DNA of 64,000 bases from a virus: IMG/VR virus record IMGVR_UViG_3300009159_000033. One strand, given 5' to 3'. Every line of letters begins with the position of its first letter. The stretch's first letter is position 1. Under the pieces are notes generated by a model. That model was given only the letters and a program-made list of their open reading frames with translations. It was not told the DNA's origin and searched no databases. Of this stretch, positions 17,129-26,529 are shown piece by piece. The position numbers and the translations under genes were made by a program.

Positions 17129-18421
17129 ATGCAGAAGGAAATATTCAGTCCCGAAGGTAAGTCTTTGGTAAACAACAAGACGGTAACCTATTGCACAGTG
17201 AAGTTCACTGTGGGCTGGTTGCCCGGAAGCATAGGCTTCACGGAACAAGCCAAGGCCGTGTTGGCATCTGGACTTGGCACAGACAGCAAGGTCATCCGAG
17301 GATCCTATGCGATCCTCGGTGCATCTAGAGACAGTCTAATCCAAGAGGGAGCTGCCCTTCGTAGATTGCTCACCCTCATCCGTGACAGTTACACGATTCC
17401 AGAGTACACCTTGGTTGCATCCGCAGCCCAAGATATCTCGAATCTTCGTCCAGAGAAAATCAAGGGTAGCTACCTTATCGAGTCATGTAAGGTAGATGAG
17501 TTCATGAAGAGGTTCAATGAAGCAAGGTTACAGTACCTCACATGGGGTAAACGAGTATCTGAGCCAGATAACTACGAGCGTATCCGAGATGCAGATCGCA
17601 TCAGCCTTGCTAAGGACTGGGATATCATCAGTAGTAAGTATCCAAGTGCACATGCACTTGCAGACTCTGTCACTTGTGACATGCCTCGCATCGAGCCCTT
17701 CGATGCATCGTTCACCATGGCGGATGTCGCCCCAGCGACCGCCAAGTACCTGCGAGAACAAGCAGAAGCACGACTCAATGCTTCTGTAGAAGGTGCTACC
17801 TCCGAGCTTATTGCTGAGTTCAAGGAAATGGTCGAAGCCGTTGCCAAGAACTGCGGTAAGCGTATTCGCCTATTGCCTGGGCTAGAGTCTAAACGGCAAG
17901 AACTGCGTTACGCAGAAGTTCAGCAGATCCTCCGTCACACTGACGACGAGGAAGTACCAGTAGGAAAGTTACTGGTGACAGTGCAAACAGCAAGTCCTAA
18001 AGGCGGATCATCCGATGCCTTTATTCAAACAGGTAAGCCAACCACCCTGCTTCTCACCGAGGCAGAGTACAAGGCGCTGCAGCCCTACGAGACTGAGGAG
18101 CATCGTGCTCTAACTCAGTCCGCATTCGAGAATCTTCAATGGCTAGCCCAGAAGATATCTGCAGTCAAAACTATGCTGGGAACTGACCCAGAAGTTAGTA
18201 ACCTAACAACCCTTGCAGATGAGATCTCTGCAACCTTAGGTACCTTAGGCGGTTCTGCTGCTGAGATTACCAAGCAGCTAAAGAACAGCAGCTTTGCTAG
18301 GACTACAACCAAGCAAACCTTTAACAAGTTCTTTGATCGTCTTGTAGCACAAGACATCGAGGTCAAGACCAAGAGCAAAGTAGCTCGCCGTAAGATCAAG
18401 GTAGGTGGAGGTGATGAATGA
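17129..18421 (+). CDS. DUF3150-like protein with an internal insertion
   Basis: Helical protein of the type that accompanies DUF1257/DUF2997/AAA modules; ...SAFENL motif. Confidence 0.45.
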   Translation: MQKEIFSPEGKSLVNNKTVTYCTVKFTVGWLPGSIGFTEQAKAVLASGLGTDSKVIRGSYAILGASRDSLIQEGAALRRLLTLIRDSYTIPEYTLVASAAQDISNLRPEKIKGSYLIESCKVDEFMKRFNEARLQYLTWGKRVSEPDNYERIRDADRISLAKDWDIISSKYPSAHALADSVTCDMPRIEPFDASFTMADVAPATAKYLREQAEARLNASVEGATSELIAEFKEMVEAVAKNCGKRIRLLPGLESKRQELRYAEVQQILRHTDDEEVPVGKLLVTVQTASPKGGSSDAFIQTGKPTTLLLTEAEYKALQPYETEEHRALTQSAFENLQWLAQKISAVKTMLGTDPEVSNLTTLADEISATLGTLGGSAAEITKQLKNSSFARTTTKQTFNKFFDRLVAQDIEVKTKSKVARRKIKVGGGDE

Positions 18422-18723
18422 TCATCTTCATCAAGAAGGACGGAATAACTGAAGGGCTAGTCAGCCCAGTTACCCAGCTACTACAGCTGGGTAACATCAA
18501 GAGGGTTAGTCACATTGAACCTGTTAACTCCGTATTGCGGTGGTTGTTCCACCTCATTCGGTGTCGGGTCAAGGACACCTCTTATCTCGCAGCATTCACC
18601 CGCTATTGGCCTTGCCAGTGGCGGGCAAACATTATTGGTGGGCCTATTATCGGTCCATTCAAAAGGCGTAAAGATGCGATAGCAGCGGAAGTACTTTGGA
18701 TTAATTCTAAACTAGGAGAATAA
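18418..18723 (+). CDS. hypothetical protein
   Basis: ATGA overlap; SHIEP...GPF..R.DAIAAEV.WI. Confidence 0.65.
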   Translation: MIIFIKKDGITEGLVSPVTQLLQLGNIKRVSHIEPVNSVLRWLFHLIRCRVKDTSYLAAFTRYWPCQWRANIIGGPIIGPFKRRKDAIAAEVLWINSKLGE

Positions 18724-18725
18724 CT

Positions 18726-19229
18726 ATGAGTGATTTAAACATTGTTGAAGTAACAGCTTTAGGTAAATTAGTTGACAAGCAGCTCAAGCAGCTTAAGGAT
18801 GCAGGTGAAACAATTGCCCCAGGCAATCATACCTTCAATTTTGATGTTCATTTGGACGGAAGTCTGTCCAGAGGGGAAGATACTAAGGCTACCCCACCTT
18901 TCGCAATTGCGGGGTTCCTAAAGCCCTTGCTGTTGAAGTATGCAATGGGGCTAGGCAAAGAAGAAGGCAAACAGTGGTTGCAAAACTTAATGAGCGTACA
19001 AGCTGCGTTAGGGGCTGTCATTCAGCTGGGTGCAGACTCAGTCATGCAGTCGATTGATCCAGCGTTCACAGCGTTGTGGTCAGCAGCGGAAGCTGCTGCT
19101 AAGGAAAAATTTCAGTCAGTTGCCGAGAAGGCTGACAGAGCTGGACAGACCATCGTGGTCGGCGGTTTAGAAAGAGTAGCAGAGGTAGCAAAGCTGCCTA
19201 AGATCGTAAGGTCAGCTAAGAAGAAATAA
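18726..19229 (+). CDS. hypothetical protein
   Basis: 167 aa, RBS aggag. Confidence 0.65.
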   Translation: MSDLNIVEVTALGKLVDKQLKQLKDAGETIAPGNHTFNFDVHLDGSLSRGEDTKATPPFAIAGFLKPLLLKYAMGLGKEEGKQWLQNLMSVQAALGAVIQLGADSVMQSIDPAFTALWSAAEAAAKEKFQSVAEKADRAGQTIVVGGLERVAEVAKLPKIVRSAKKK

Positions 19230-19249
19230 ACACTTTAAAGGAGATTGTT

Positions 19250-19459
19250 ATGAAAATTGAAGTCTCAAGTGCGGAGTTAGACTTACTTCATGTGGTAATA
19301 GAAAATGTAAGATATCTATTAAAGGAGGAAGCAAAAAAACTTGATGCTGTTACATTTGTGGGCATGAATGAGCTGTGTCAGTCTCGTACAACTCACTTAG
19401 AGAATCTAAAGCTACAAATATCAGTGCTAGATGCACTTTATTCAAAACTTCCAGACTAA
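19250..19459 (+). CDS. hypothetical protein
   Basis: RBS aaggag; 69 aa. Confidence 0.55.
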   Translation: MKIEVSSAELDLLHVVIENVRYLLKEEAKKLDAVTFVGMNELCQSRTTHLENLKLQISVLDALYSKLPD

Positions 19460-19461
19460 GA

Positions 19462-20640
19462 CTAGCCTTGGCCATAAGCCTTGGCTAGTTCTTCTAGTGT
19501 AGCGTCATCAATCTCACGGAACTCTGCTGACTTACTAAGCTGTGGGTGCTGCCCAGCTTCGCTCATCAAGCGTTCGAGCAGCTCCGCATCTGGCCTAGGC
19601 AGGGTGTGTGCTACTTCTGCAATCTTTTCGGGGTCTATGTCAAACCCACGGCATACCTCATCAGCAAAGTCGTTACCGAATAAGCTGACTACATCTTCAC
19701 GCGCAAGCTTGGAGAACTGTGACTTATCGTATGCGTTCCCTGTTTGCAGTGTGCACAGCTTTGTGATATCTGCAGCAGCCTTCGTGTAACTGACTTTGAA
19801 AAGGACATCTTCAGCCCTTGGGATTAGTTCCGTGTACTTGCCCTTAAGCCCAATGTTATGGTCAATCAGATCGACTATAGCAGCCAACTTGATTAGCTCT
19901 CTAGGTTGCAATGCAGTGCGAGGAGTAGTCCTAACAGCTGCAGCAAGCTTTGTAATCGCCTCACGCTGTTCGTGCTTGTTGGCAAGTCTGGCTCTGTTCT
20001 CTAGCATGCTACATACTTCAAGGGGATCGGGTATACCTCGCCCTGCTTGCTTCTCGATAAAGTCAGTAATAGCTTCGCCCATGTTTGCACCATAGCGAGC
20101 AGCTTTCTCTAGAATCTTATCGGCAATTTTATTACGATCAATAAAAGGTATTCGGTCACAGTTTGATTGCAACCATTCAGCTGCAGTTTTGACTTGCAAA
20201 GAATTGGTCATGGGGTAATAGCGTTCCTTAATCCCATCTTTGCTTTGCCATACATAAGCATAGCTGCTGTCTGGAAGTTGATCGCTGCCCCTTAAATCGG
20301 TGGCACGCTTGACTATTGCATCGTAAGCGGGTCGAATACCAAAATAATCAGAAAACCTTTTAAAACGTTCACAAATTTTGTTTTGGTCGTTAGGATGGTA
20401 CTCTGCTGACTTTTCATGGAAGTACGCTGCAGACAGCCAAGTAGCAGCTGCGGAATGGCATGCGTACTTCTTATGTAGCGGGTCGGCATAAGCGGTGACT
20501 GCGATAGTTGCTGGAGCCATTGTGGTTTCCAGATCGGCATCCTTCACGAATTGTGGGAAATCATAACGCTGAGCGATCTTAACCAGCTCGGTTTTATTTT
20601 TGTCACTTGCAGGATCTAAAACTATAGAAGGCGAAGGCAT
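19462..20640 (-). CDS. phage protein with two DUF6582-like repeats (possibly virion/capsid associated)
   Basis: AYADPLHKKYACHSAAATWLSAAYF...YFGI and LPDSSYA...RYYPM...V..AAEW...KILEKAARYG resemble each other. Confidence 0.5.
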   Translation of the reverse strand: MPSPSIVLDPASDKNKTELVKIAQRYDFPQFVKDADLETTMAPATIAVTAYADPLHKKYACHSAAATWLSAAYFHEKSAEYHPNDQNKICERFKRFSDYFGIRPAYDAIVKRATDLRGSDQLPDSSYAYVWQSKDGIKERYYPMTNSLQVKTAAEWLQSNCDRIPFIDRNKIADKILEKAARYGANMGEAITDFIEKQAGRGIPDPLEVCSMLENRARLANKHEQREAITKLAAAVRTTPRTALQPRELIKLAAIVDLIDHNIGLKGKYTELIPRAEDVLFKVSYTKAAADITKLCTLQTGNAYDKSQFSKLAREDVVSLFGNDFADEVCRGFDIDPEKIAEVAHTLPRPDAELLERLMSEAGQHPQLSKSAEFREIDDATLEELAKAYGQG

Positions 20641-22876
20641 TGTGTCTCTCCTAGATATTCATGCAGGGTTATCATTTGCGGCCATTGCTCCACTAATCGG
20701 GATGGAACCAACCGCATCTTACCCAGTAGCAGCTAAGTGCCCTTACTGTGAAGCACAAGCTTGGGCCATTTATCAAGATACCAAGTCTTTGGAAGAATGG
20801 TATTATTGCTCCCAGTGTAAGGCCACAGGGACGATTTTGGCAATGGCAGCTGCACGATTAAATATGCTTCAAGAAGAAGCAATGTACTATTTAGCCGAGC
20901 AGTTGAACAGAACCATAAGTCCGAGCAATATGCGATTATACATACGTGGGTTAGGATTTTCTGCAAAATTGCAAGAATTATGGAAACAATCTCAACTTTC
21001 CATGAAGAACGAAGGCAGAGAACATTATCAAGCTTTGCTTCGTTTGGGCTGGAATATATCTTCACCCATGAGCCGAGAAAGACATCTAGCAGGGCCTGGT
21101 CAACTCTTGGGTATTCTAACCCCAACACAAGTTGCTAAGTATGGAAGGTTCCGTTTACTTAAAAAGAAAGACCCTACCGTGGTAGTGCCTTATTACCGCT
21201 CACCTACGCAGATAGGTGCGCTAGCATGCTTCAACAACGGAACCGAAACAATAGTGACTTCTAATATAGGTGGTGAGGTCGGGTTTGCAGGCTTGCCATT
21301 CCTATGGCAAACGCAGTCAGACAGTCTTGTGCTCACTTCAATGCTTACCAACATGGTGCGGATGCAGCTGCGTAACTTTAATAGCAGCGAGATGCCATTG
21401 CCCATACTAGCATGGCGACAGTTCATGATTACTGAGCGTAAGAAGCAATGGCCTATGCTAGGAGGTAGACAACTAATCTTCTGGGAGTGTCATCCTACTG
21501 CAGCAATCTTGCATCAAGCTATGTTGTCCAATGCTTCTATGACTTTTACTGGTCCGGAGACTGTGCGACAGCAACCTAAAGAAGTCAGTGGACCTAGGTG
21601 GAATCGCTGGATGTCTGACATGCCGGTAATGGAAGTCTATCAGCAGATAGTACGCACAGCTAAGCCTTACGAGCGAGCTCTTTCTAACTGGGCACTATAC
21701 GCAGCACCAGCAGACAAGACTAAATTGCTTCAAGATGCAGAACAGCATAGCTCGGAAGTAGCTAAGCTTGTCCGCTCCTATGTTGCTCCAAACTTGCTCA
21801 CAGAAGTTGGTAGACGGATACGAGTTCCAGTCCACCAGAAGCTTCCAACAGTAGGTGGCACCACCTACATGGTAATGGTAGAGAAGAATAACAAGTGGTA
21901 TGACGATGCGGGCAACGTAAGGTTCTCAGGCATTCTTCGAGTAGACAAGATAGTGATTCGCCCCGATACATCTAAAGAATACATTGGATACTTGCAGACT
22001 AACGAAGGCAAGTATCCATTTAGAGTTCCGGTTGAGAAGGCTAACCTATCTTGGATAACTGAATTTGCATTGAGCCATGGCATAGTCTTGCAATCTGATT
22101 GCTTCTGTAACATATGGGGTAATCGTTGGTTAGAGAAGTTTAACCCCTTCGTGGCAGCTTGTCAGATTGAGTTACCCGAAGTTGTTAATGGGTTGGAATC
22201 TATTGGCTGGGATGGTAGTGGTTTTCAATTCCGTAACTCTAGATTGTGTCGTGGTGAGTTTTCTTCAAATCCGGAATTTACATTTCCAGAGGATGCCCCT
22301 GGTCCTAAACAATTACTGTGTAGGTTGCGAGATGATGTGATCTTTGCAATCAGTGACGAGAGCCCAGAGTTAGAAATAATATGGGCTTTTGCTCTAGCCA
22401 TGTGCGCTCAGATTACAGCCCCTGCTGTAAACTTTCCAGCTTATGGCATATGGGTAGACCATCCTACTTGCAGTTTGTTTTTGCAAGAACTGTACCATAG
22501 GTTTGAGATAAGATGCGGGCAACCTCGTGGATGGGTACACAAATGGCCACGCAGGCTTCAGCGGTTTGCAACTGCTTTAACTCAAGATGATACCGGATTC
22601 TTTGTAACTAGCTTCACAGCAAGCCAATGTAAAAGCAACACATCTAACTTAATCAAAGTTACGAACATTCCTAAAGGGCTGCAGCCTAGGAAAGTAACCC
22701 ACAGTTGTGACAAAATTGTGCTGCAGTATTTAAAACATTTTAGTAAGTCTGACCATGAGATACCCGCTAGTTGGGAAGCGTGGAAGGATTATACAGTAAG
22801 GCAGATGCAACAGCTGTTTGGCTTTATTAAATCTAAAGCTTTAGACAATGCTCCAAGTCATCTGCACATTACATAA
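20600..22876 (-). CDS. primase-like protein (N-terminal Zn finger), apparently degenerate
   Basis: KCPYC...YYCSQCKATGTILAM resembles a primase Zn-binding domain; no clear catalytic motifs downstream. Confidence 0.45.
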
Positions 22877-22884
22877 GGAGTAAC

Positions 22885-23112
22885 ATGAGAGACAATTTTA
22901 TAATCTATGTAGATCGTGGAGGAAATATGCCACAGCTGTGGCGTAAAAAATGGGATAGTAAAACACATCCATTTTACATTCGATATCAAAACAATCACCC
23001 AGTAGGGTTACATGGCCCTACCGCAGTGCTGGCCGAAGACATAACAAAGACGAAAGTGTATAGCTACGCTAAGCATGAGTTCGTCAATATTGCAGGCATA
23101 CCACAAGAGTAG
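22885..23112 (+). CDS. hypothetical protein
   Basis: RBS aaggag; lone + strand gene inside the minus block. Confidence 0.5.
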   Translation: MRDNFIIYVDRGGNMPQLWRKKWDSKTHPFYIRYQNNHPVGLHGPTAVLAEDITKTKVYSYAKHEFVNIAGIPQE

Positions 23113-25140
23113 CTACTCTGGATCAGCGATGGCTCGTCCTTGCATTGCAGTACGAACCTCATCGCTGATACGCATGTCTTCGTAAGCGGACAAGTCTGGC
23201 CATCGTCCATGCATCTGGAACAGCATCATAGTCCCCATAGTAACTGCTTGTGCAAAGTCATCTGGACCTGCTGGATCTCGCAGAATTCGGTAATGATCTC
23301 TCCCGCTTCCAGATTCTGATTTATCTTCAATAAGATTTAGAAAGTCGTGGAGTAATCCAATGTCTTCCGAACCTTTATGATCATATTGGAAGAATCGAAC
23401 TATGTGTGACTTGATAAACTGACAGCAGTAGTTCAAAGCACGATTGCGATCCATGGTGTAATGGTTTCGGGGATGAAACTCATTAGCTGGCTTAAAGTTA
23501 ATCAACCCGCTCTTAGCTGGACCTACATAGGCAACCGCTAAGATGTTAGCTGGGTCTAACCCAGATTGCACTAACAAAGTTTCTCGGACAGTACCCGCAC
23601 CTGTGTAGTCGTGCACCACATGGCTGCAATAGAATGTCTGCATGATTCCAAGGATAAGCCTAGCTTCTCGTACATGGTCATGCGGAGTTAGACTGCGGAA
23701 GCCATAGATAATATCTACCCGCCCATCTGGGGTCAAACCGCACACTGCAATCGTAGTGTACGACTGCAAGCTCATGCTGCTTTTACCTCGGCTTACACCA
23801 CCGCCACCCCAGTCTACAGAGACAAAGCGGTATATGTAACTGTCAATGTTCTTTTTGGCTTCGTCTACCATACAACGCCAAGGAAGACAAGCAGCTTGCT
23901 TTAAGTCAGTAACAGTAACTAACTTAGAGCCACTGTCCCAAGACTCTCCGCAGACTTCGTTGTAGAAAACATTGATAGGGACATTGCCCTTACCATTCAT
24001 CTTGTCTACAAGCTTTTGCCATTTCTCGGGGTCAGAGTAATGCATCGGCATAATTAGCTGAGGAACATGGTATCCCACAAAGGACCAGCGTTTGCTTGCG
24101 TTGCGGTGCACCCATCGTCCTGTTCCACCTTGTGCAGCTGGGCGAGGGTTTATAGCTTTTGCACACTTAGCACAAATTACACCCGGTACAGTTTCGCTGA
24201 TGCCGGAATGAACTGGCCCAATCATCTTGATTAGGTCGTACTCCAATGCTGGAATGTTCCAATGTCCGCAGCCGGGGTGAGGGCAATGGATAACCCACTC
24301 AGCCATGGAAGAATCATTCCAAAGCTTCTCGATAGTATTGTCTAGAGTCTTAGGAGTTCCAGCGTATTGGATAATCCCCCAGTCTCTAGACGCAGACAGC
24401 GTTTCATGAATGATAGGTAAAAATGAGATATCCATGTATTGGATCTCGTCAATACAGTTCTTATCCGCACTTACCCCACGCACTCTTTCTGCGTCGGTGT
24501 AGGCAAACGAGAAGAGCATCTGCGACTTATTCTTAAATGAACGCTGTAGCACATTGTTAATCGTAGTCTCTCCAGAAAACAGACGACCTACTGGACTGCT
24601 TTCAATAAAGGGAGCTACATAGTTTTGCGAAAACCTTCGCACCATTTCAAACAGTGGTGTGATGTAAAGTGTCGAAAAATAGGGAATGCAGTTAGCGAAT
24701 AACACTCCTTGCGCTGCAAGTGAAGTAGACTTCGACACCTGCCTTCCTGTTTTCAATAAGGTGGTACGAGGCATTCTTGTTCTAAAGAAAGGAGCAAATG
24801 GAAAATGGTCATGTAAGTGATAAGGCTTTCCTCGAATAGATAACAAAAGAGGAAGCAATGGCTTGAGTGTCAGATAACCAGTCTTGGCCATTACATGCTG
24901 GGCCATGCGTAACTGTTGAATTTGCTGAGTATCTAAAGAATTCTTTACATAATCAGATAACAGCGACGACTCCAGCATTGGGCCGAAGTCAATTCCAGAA
25001 CTTGAACTTTGTTCCTCTGCCAACATTTGGCTAGAGGTTTTTTGTAAATTAAGCATAAAGGAACTTTCTATGTCAAAACCAGAAATCAGTAATATCATCG
25101 GTATGTGTCTAGCATACCCTGTTCTTGTGGTCGGTTGCAC
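23113..25140 (-). CDS. terL: terminase large subunit, GpA type
   Basis: LLKTGRQVSKST (Walker A), VRGVSADKNCIDEIQ (Walker B), YAGTPKT, WVIHCPHPGC Zn motif, VSVDWG and DDFAQA nuclease motifs; exact start uncertain. Confidence 0.85.
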   Translation of the reverse strand: MQPTTRTGYARHIPMILLISGFDIESSFMLNLQKTSSQMLAEEQSSSSGIDFGPMLESSLLSDYVKNSLDTQQIQQLRMAQHVMAKTGYLTLKPLLPLLLSIRGKPYHLHDHFPFAPFFRTRMPRTTLLKTGRQVSKSTSLAAQGVLFANCIPYFSTLYITPLFEMVRRFSQNYVAPFIESSPVGRLFSGETTINNVLQRSFKNKSQMLFSFAYTDAERVRGVSADKNCIDEIQYMDISFLPIIHETLSASRDWGIIQYAGTPKTLDNTIEKLWNDSSMAEWVIHCPHPGCGHWNIPALEYDLIKMIGPVHSGISETVPGVICAKCAKAINPRPAAQGGTGRWVHRNASKRWSFVGYHVPQLIMPMHYSDPEKWQKLVDKMNGKGNVPINVFYNEVCGESWDSGSKLVTVTDLKQAACLPWRCMVDEAKKNIDSYIYRFVSVDWGGGGVSRGKSSMSLQSYTTIAVCGLTPDGRVDIIYGFRSLTPHDHVREARLILGIMQTFYCSHVVHDYTGAGTVRETLLVQSGLDPANILAVAYVGPAKSGLINFKPANEFHPRNHYTMDRNRALNYCCQFIKSHIVRFFQYDHKGSEDIGLLHDFLNLIEDKSESGSGRDHYRILRDPAGPDDFAQAVTMGTMMLFQMHGRWPDLSAYEDMRISDEVRTAMQGRAIADPE

Positions 25141-25478
25141 TTGTTATTATACTGGAAAAGGTCTAGTAACAGTGGGATCTTTTATGGTGGAAGCTAGCGG
25201 GCTAGTCCCACCCCCAGTCGTAATAAAGAACGAATAAACTTAACCAGGGGAGGCTATTATGCCATCTCGAAGTGCCTACGCCTACCAAACAAGACAGCAA
25301 ATGCGACCGCCCGGAGGGTTGTTGCCATCGTTTTCTACTAAACAATTATTAATTCACCAATACCCAGACCCGACTGGTAAGCCATTAAGTGAACTAGTAA
25401 TTGGCGAAGGTGCACCGTCCCCTGACCGAGTTGTATTAGCTAATTGGTCTCCTCCCAACACGGAAGAGACGTAAAGAA

Positions 25479-25613
25479 ATGGATTCAGATATCGCTTTGT
25501 GGGGGCTATGCTATACCATAGCCATCGTTGTTTTTTTGTTCATGGGACTTTATTTCGCTGCATTTGTAGCAGGGGTAATCCTATACATGGGGATGAGACT
25601 TACAGGTCATTAA
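25479..25613 (+). CDS. 44 aa membrane peptide (not in ORF track)
   Basis: MDSDIALWGLCYTIAIVVFLFMGLYFAAFVAGVILYMGMRLTGH translated by hand. Confidence 0.5.
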   Translation: MDSDIALWGLCYTIAIVVFLFMGLYFAAFVAGVILYMGMRLTGH

Positions 25614-25621
25614 GGAATCTT

Positions 25622-25954
25622 ATGTTTATAATCGTTGCTGCGTTAGCCACTTGGCAGATCGTAGAGATATGGAGACACTCAAAACTAATGGCATCGTTGC
25701 GAAGTCGCACCGAGATGTGGGATAACTTCCTAGGGGAACTACTAAGCTGCCCCTTTTGCCTATCAGTCTGGGTGAGTCTCTTTTGTATGCTCGGTCTAGA
25801 GCTGTCTGACTGGGGATTAGCGGGATATATACTATCACTGATGATCTATGCATTAGCGGTATCAAGGCTCGCCAATCTAGGCAACGATGTTTTTAAACAA
25901 TTCTGTCTTACCCCAAAGATGGATATAAATTTTAAAGAAATGGAGGAGTTATGA
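25622..25954 (+). CDS. DUF1360-like membrane protein
   Basis: ALATWQIV...LRS...LGELLSCPFCLSVW; ATG 25622 after aagga. Confidence 0.65.
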   Translation: MFIIVAALATWQIVEIWRHSKLMASLRSRTEMWDNFLGELLSCPFCLSVWVSLFCMLGLELSDWGLAGYILSLMIYALAVSRLANLGNDVFKQFCLTPKMDINFKEMEEL

Positions 25955-26307
25955 GTCAAGAACCAGAAGTCGAACCTAATTACATGTTCGATGAAAAACT
26001 AGACAACAAGTTTAGAACAGTTATCCATTCTGCGTTTCTGGAAGTCCCAGAACTACGCAGTGTAATAGTCGTGTATGACTATTACAGAAACCTAAACGAT
26101 ATTCAAGATATCGGCAAAGGTATGTGGCTGTCCGCAGAAGGTGGCAAAGAAAAACCAATAGACTCCGTTGTTGGGTCTTTTGGTGCCTTGCTACAAAGTG
26201 CTGCACACATCCTTGATGAAATGTTTCAAAGACACCAAGCACTGTTAACGGAATTAACAAAAGTGTCTAAAGAATTACTGGAGAAGAAAAATGAATTACA
26301 AAAATAA
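25951..26307 (+). CDS. hypothetical protein
   Basis: ATGA overlap; RBS ggagga. Confidence 0.6.
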   Translation: MSQEPEVEPNYMFDEKLDNKFRTVIHSAFLEVPELRSVIVVYDYYRNLNDIQDIGKGMWLSAEGGKEKPIDSVVGSFGALLQSAAHILDEMFQRHQALLTELTKVSKELLEKKNELQK

Positions 26308-26317
26308 AGGAGTATAA

Positions 26318-26527
26318 ATGACAACCTCAACTGAGGCACCAATCGTGCCAGAATTCGTTATTAGGCGGGATGGTACTGACATAAGCGTGCAGCTTCGTGT
26401 AAGCTGCATAGGTAATGGTTACCTAATAAAAACAGGTGGTGCTCCATTATACTTTGCAACTAAAGAGGGTATGGCAAAAGCCGTATACGCAGGGTTGCTA
26501 AACTTAAAAGATAGCCAGAAGGTTTAG
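26318..26527 (+). CDS. hypothetical protein
   Basis: RBS aaggag. Confidence 0.55.
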   Translation: MTTSTEAPIVPEFVIRRDGTDISVQLRVSCIGNGYLIKTGGAPLYFATKEGMAKAVYAGLLNLKDSQKV

Positions 26528-26529
26528 TA

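Noticed and set aside
25259-25474. 71 aa ORF in the divergent region upstream of terL
   Set aside because: No recognisable motifs and atypical composition; it may be promoter DNA, so it is not called.
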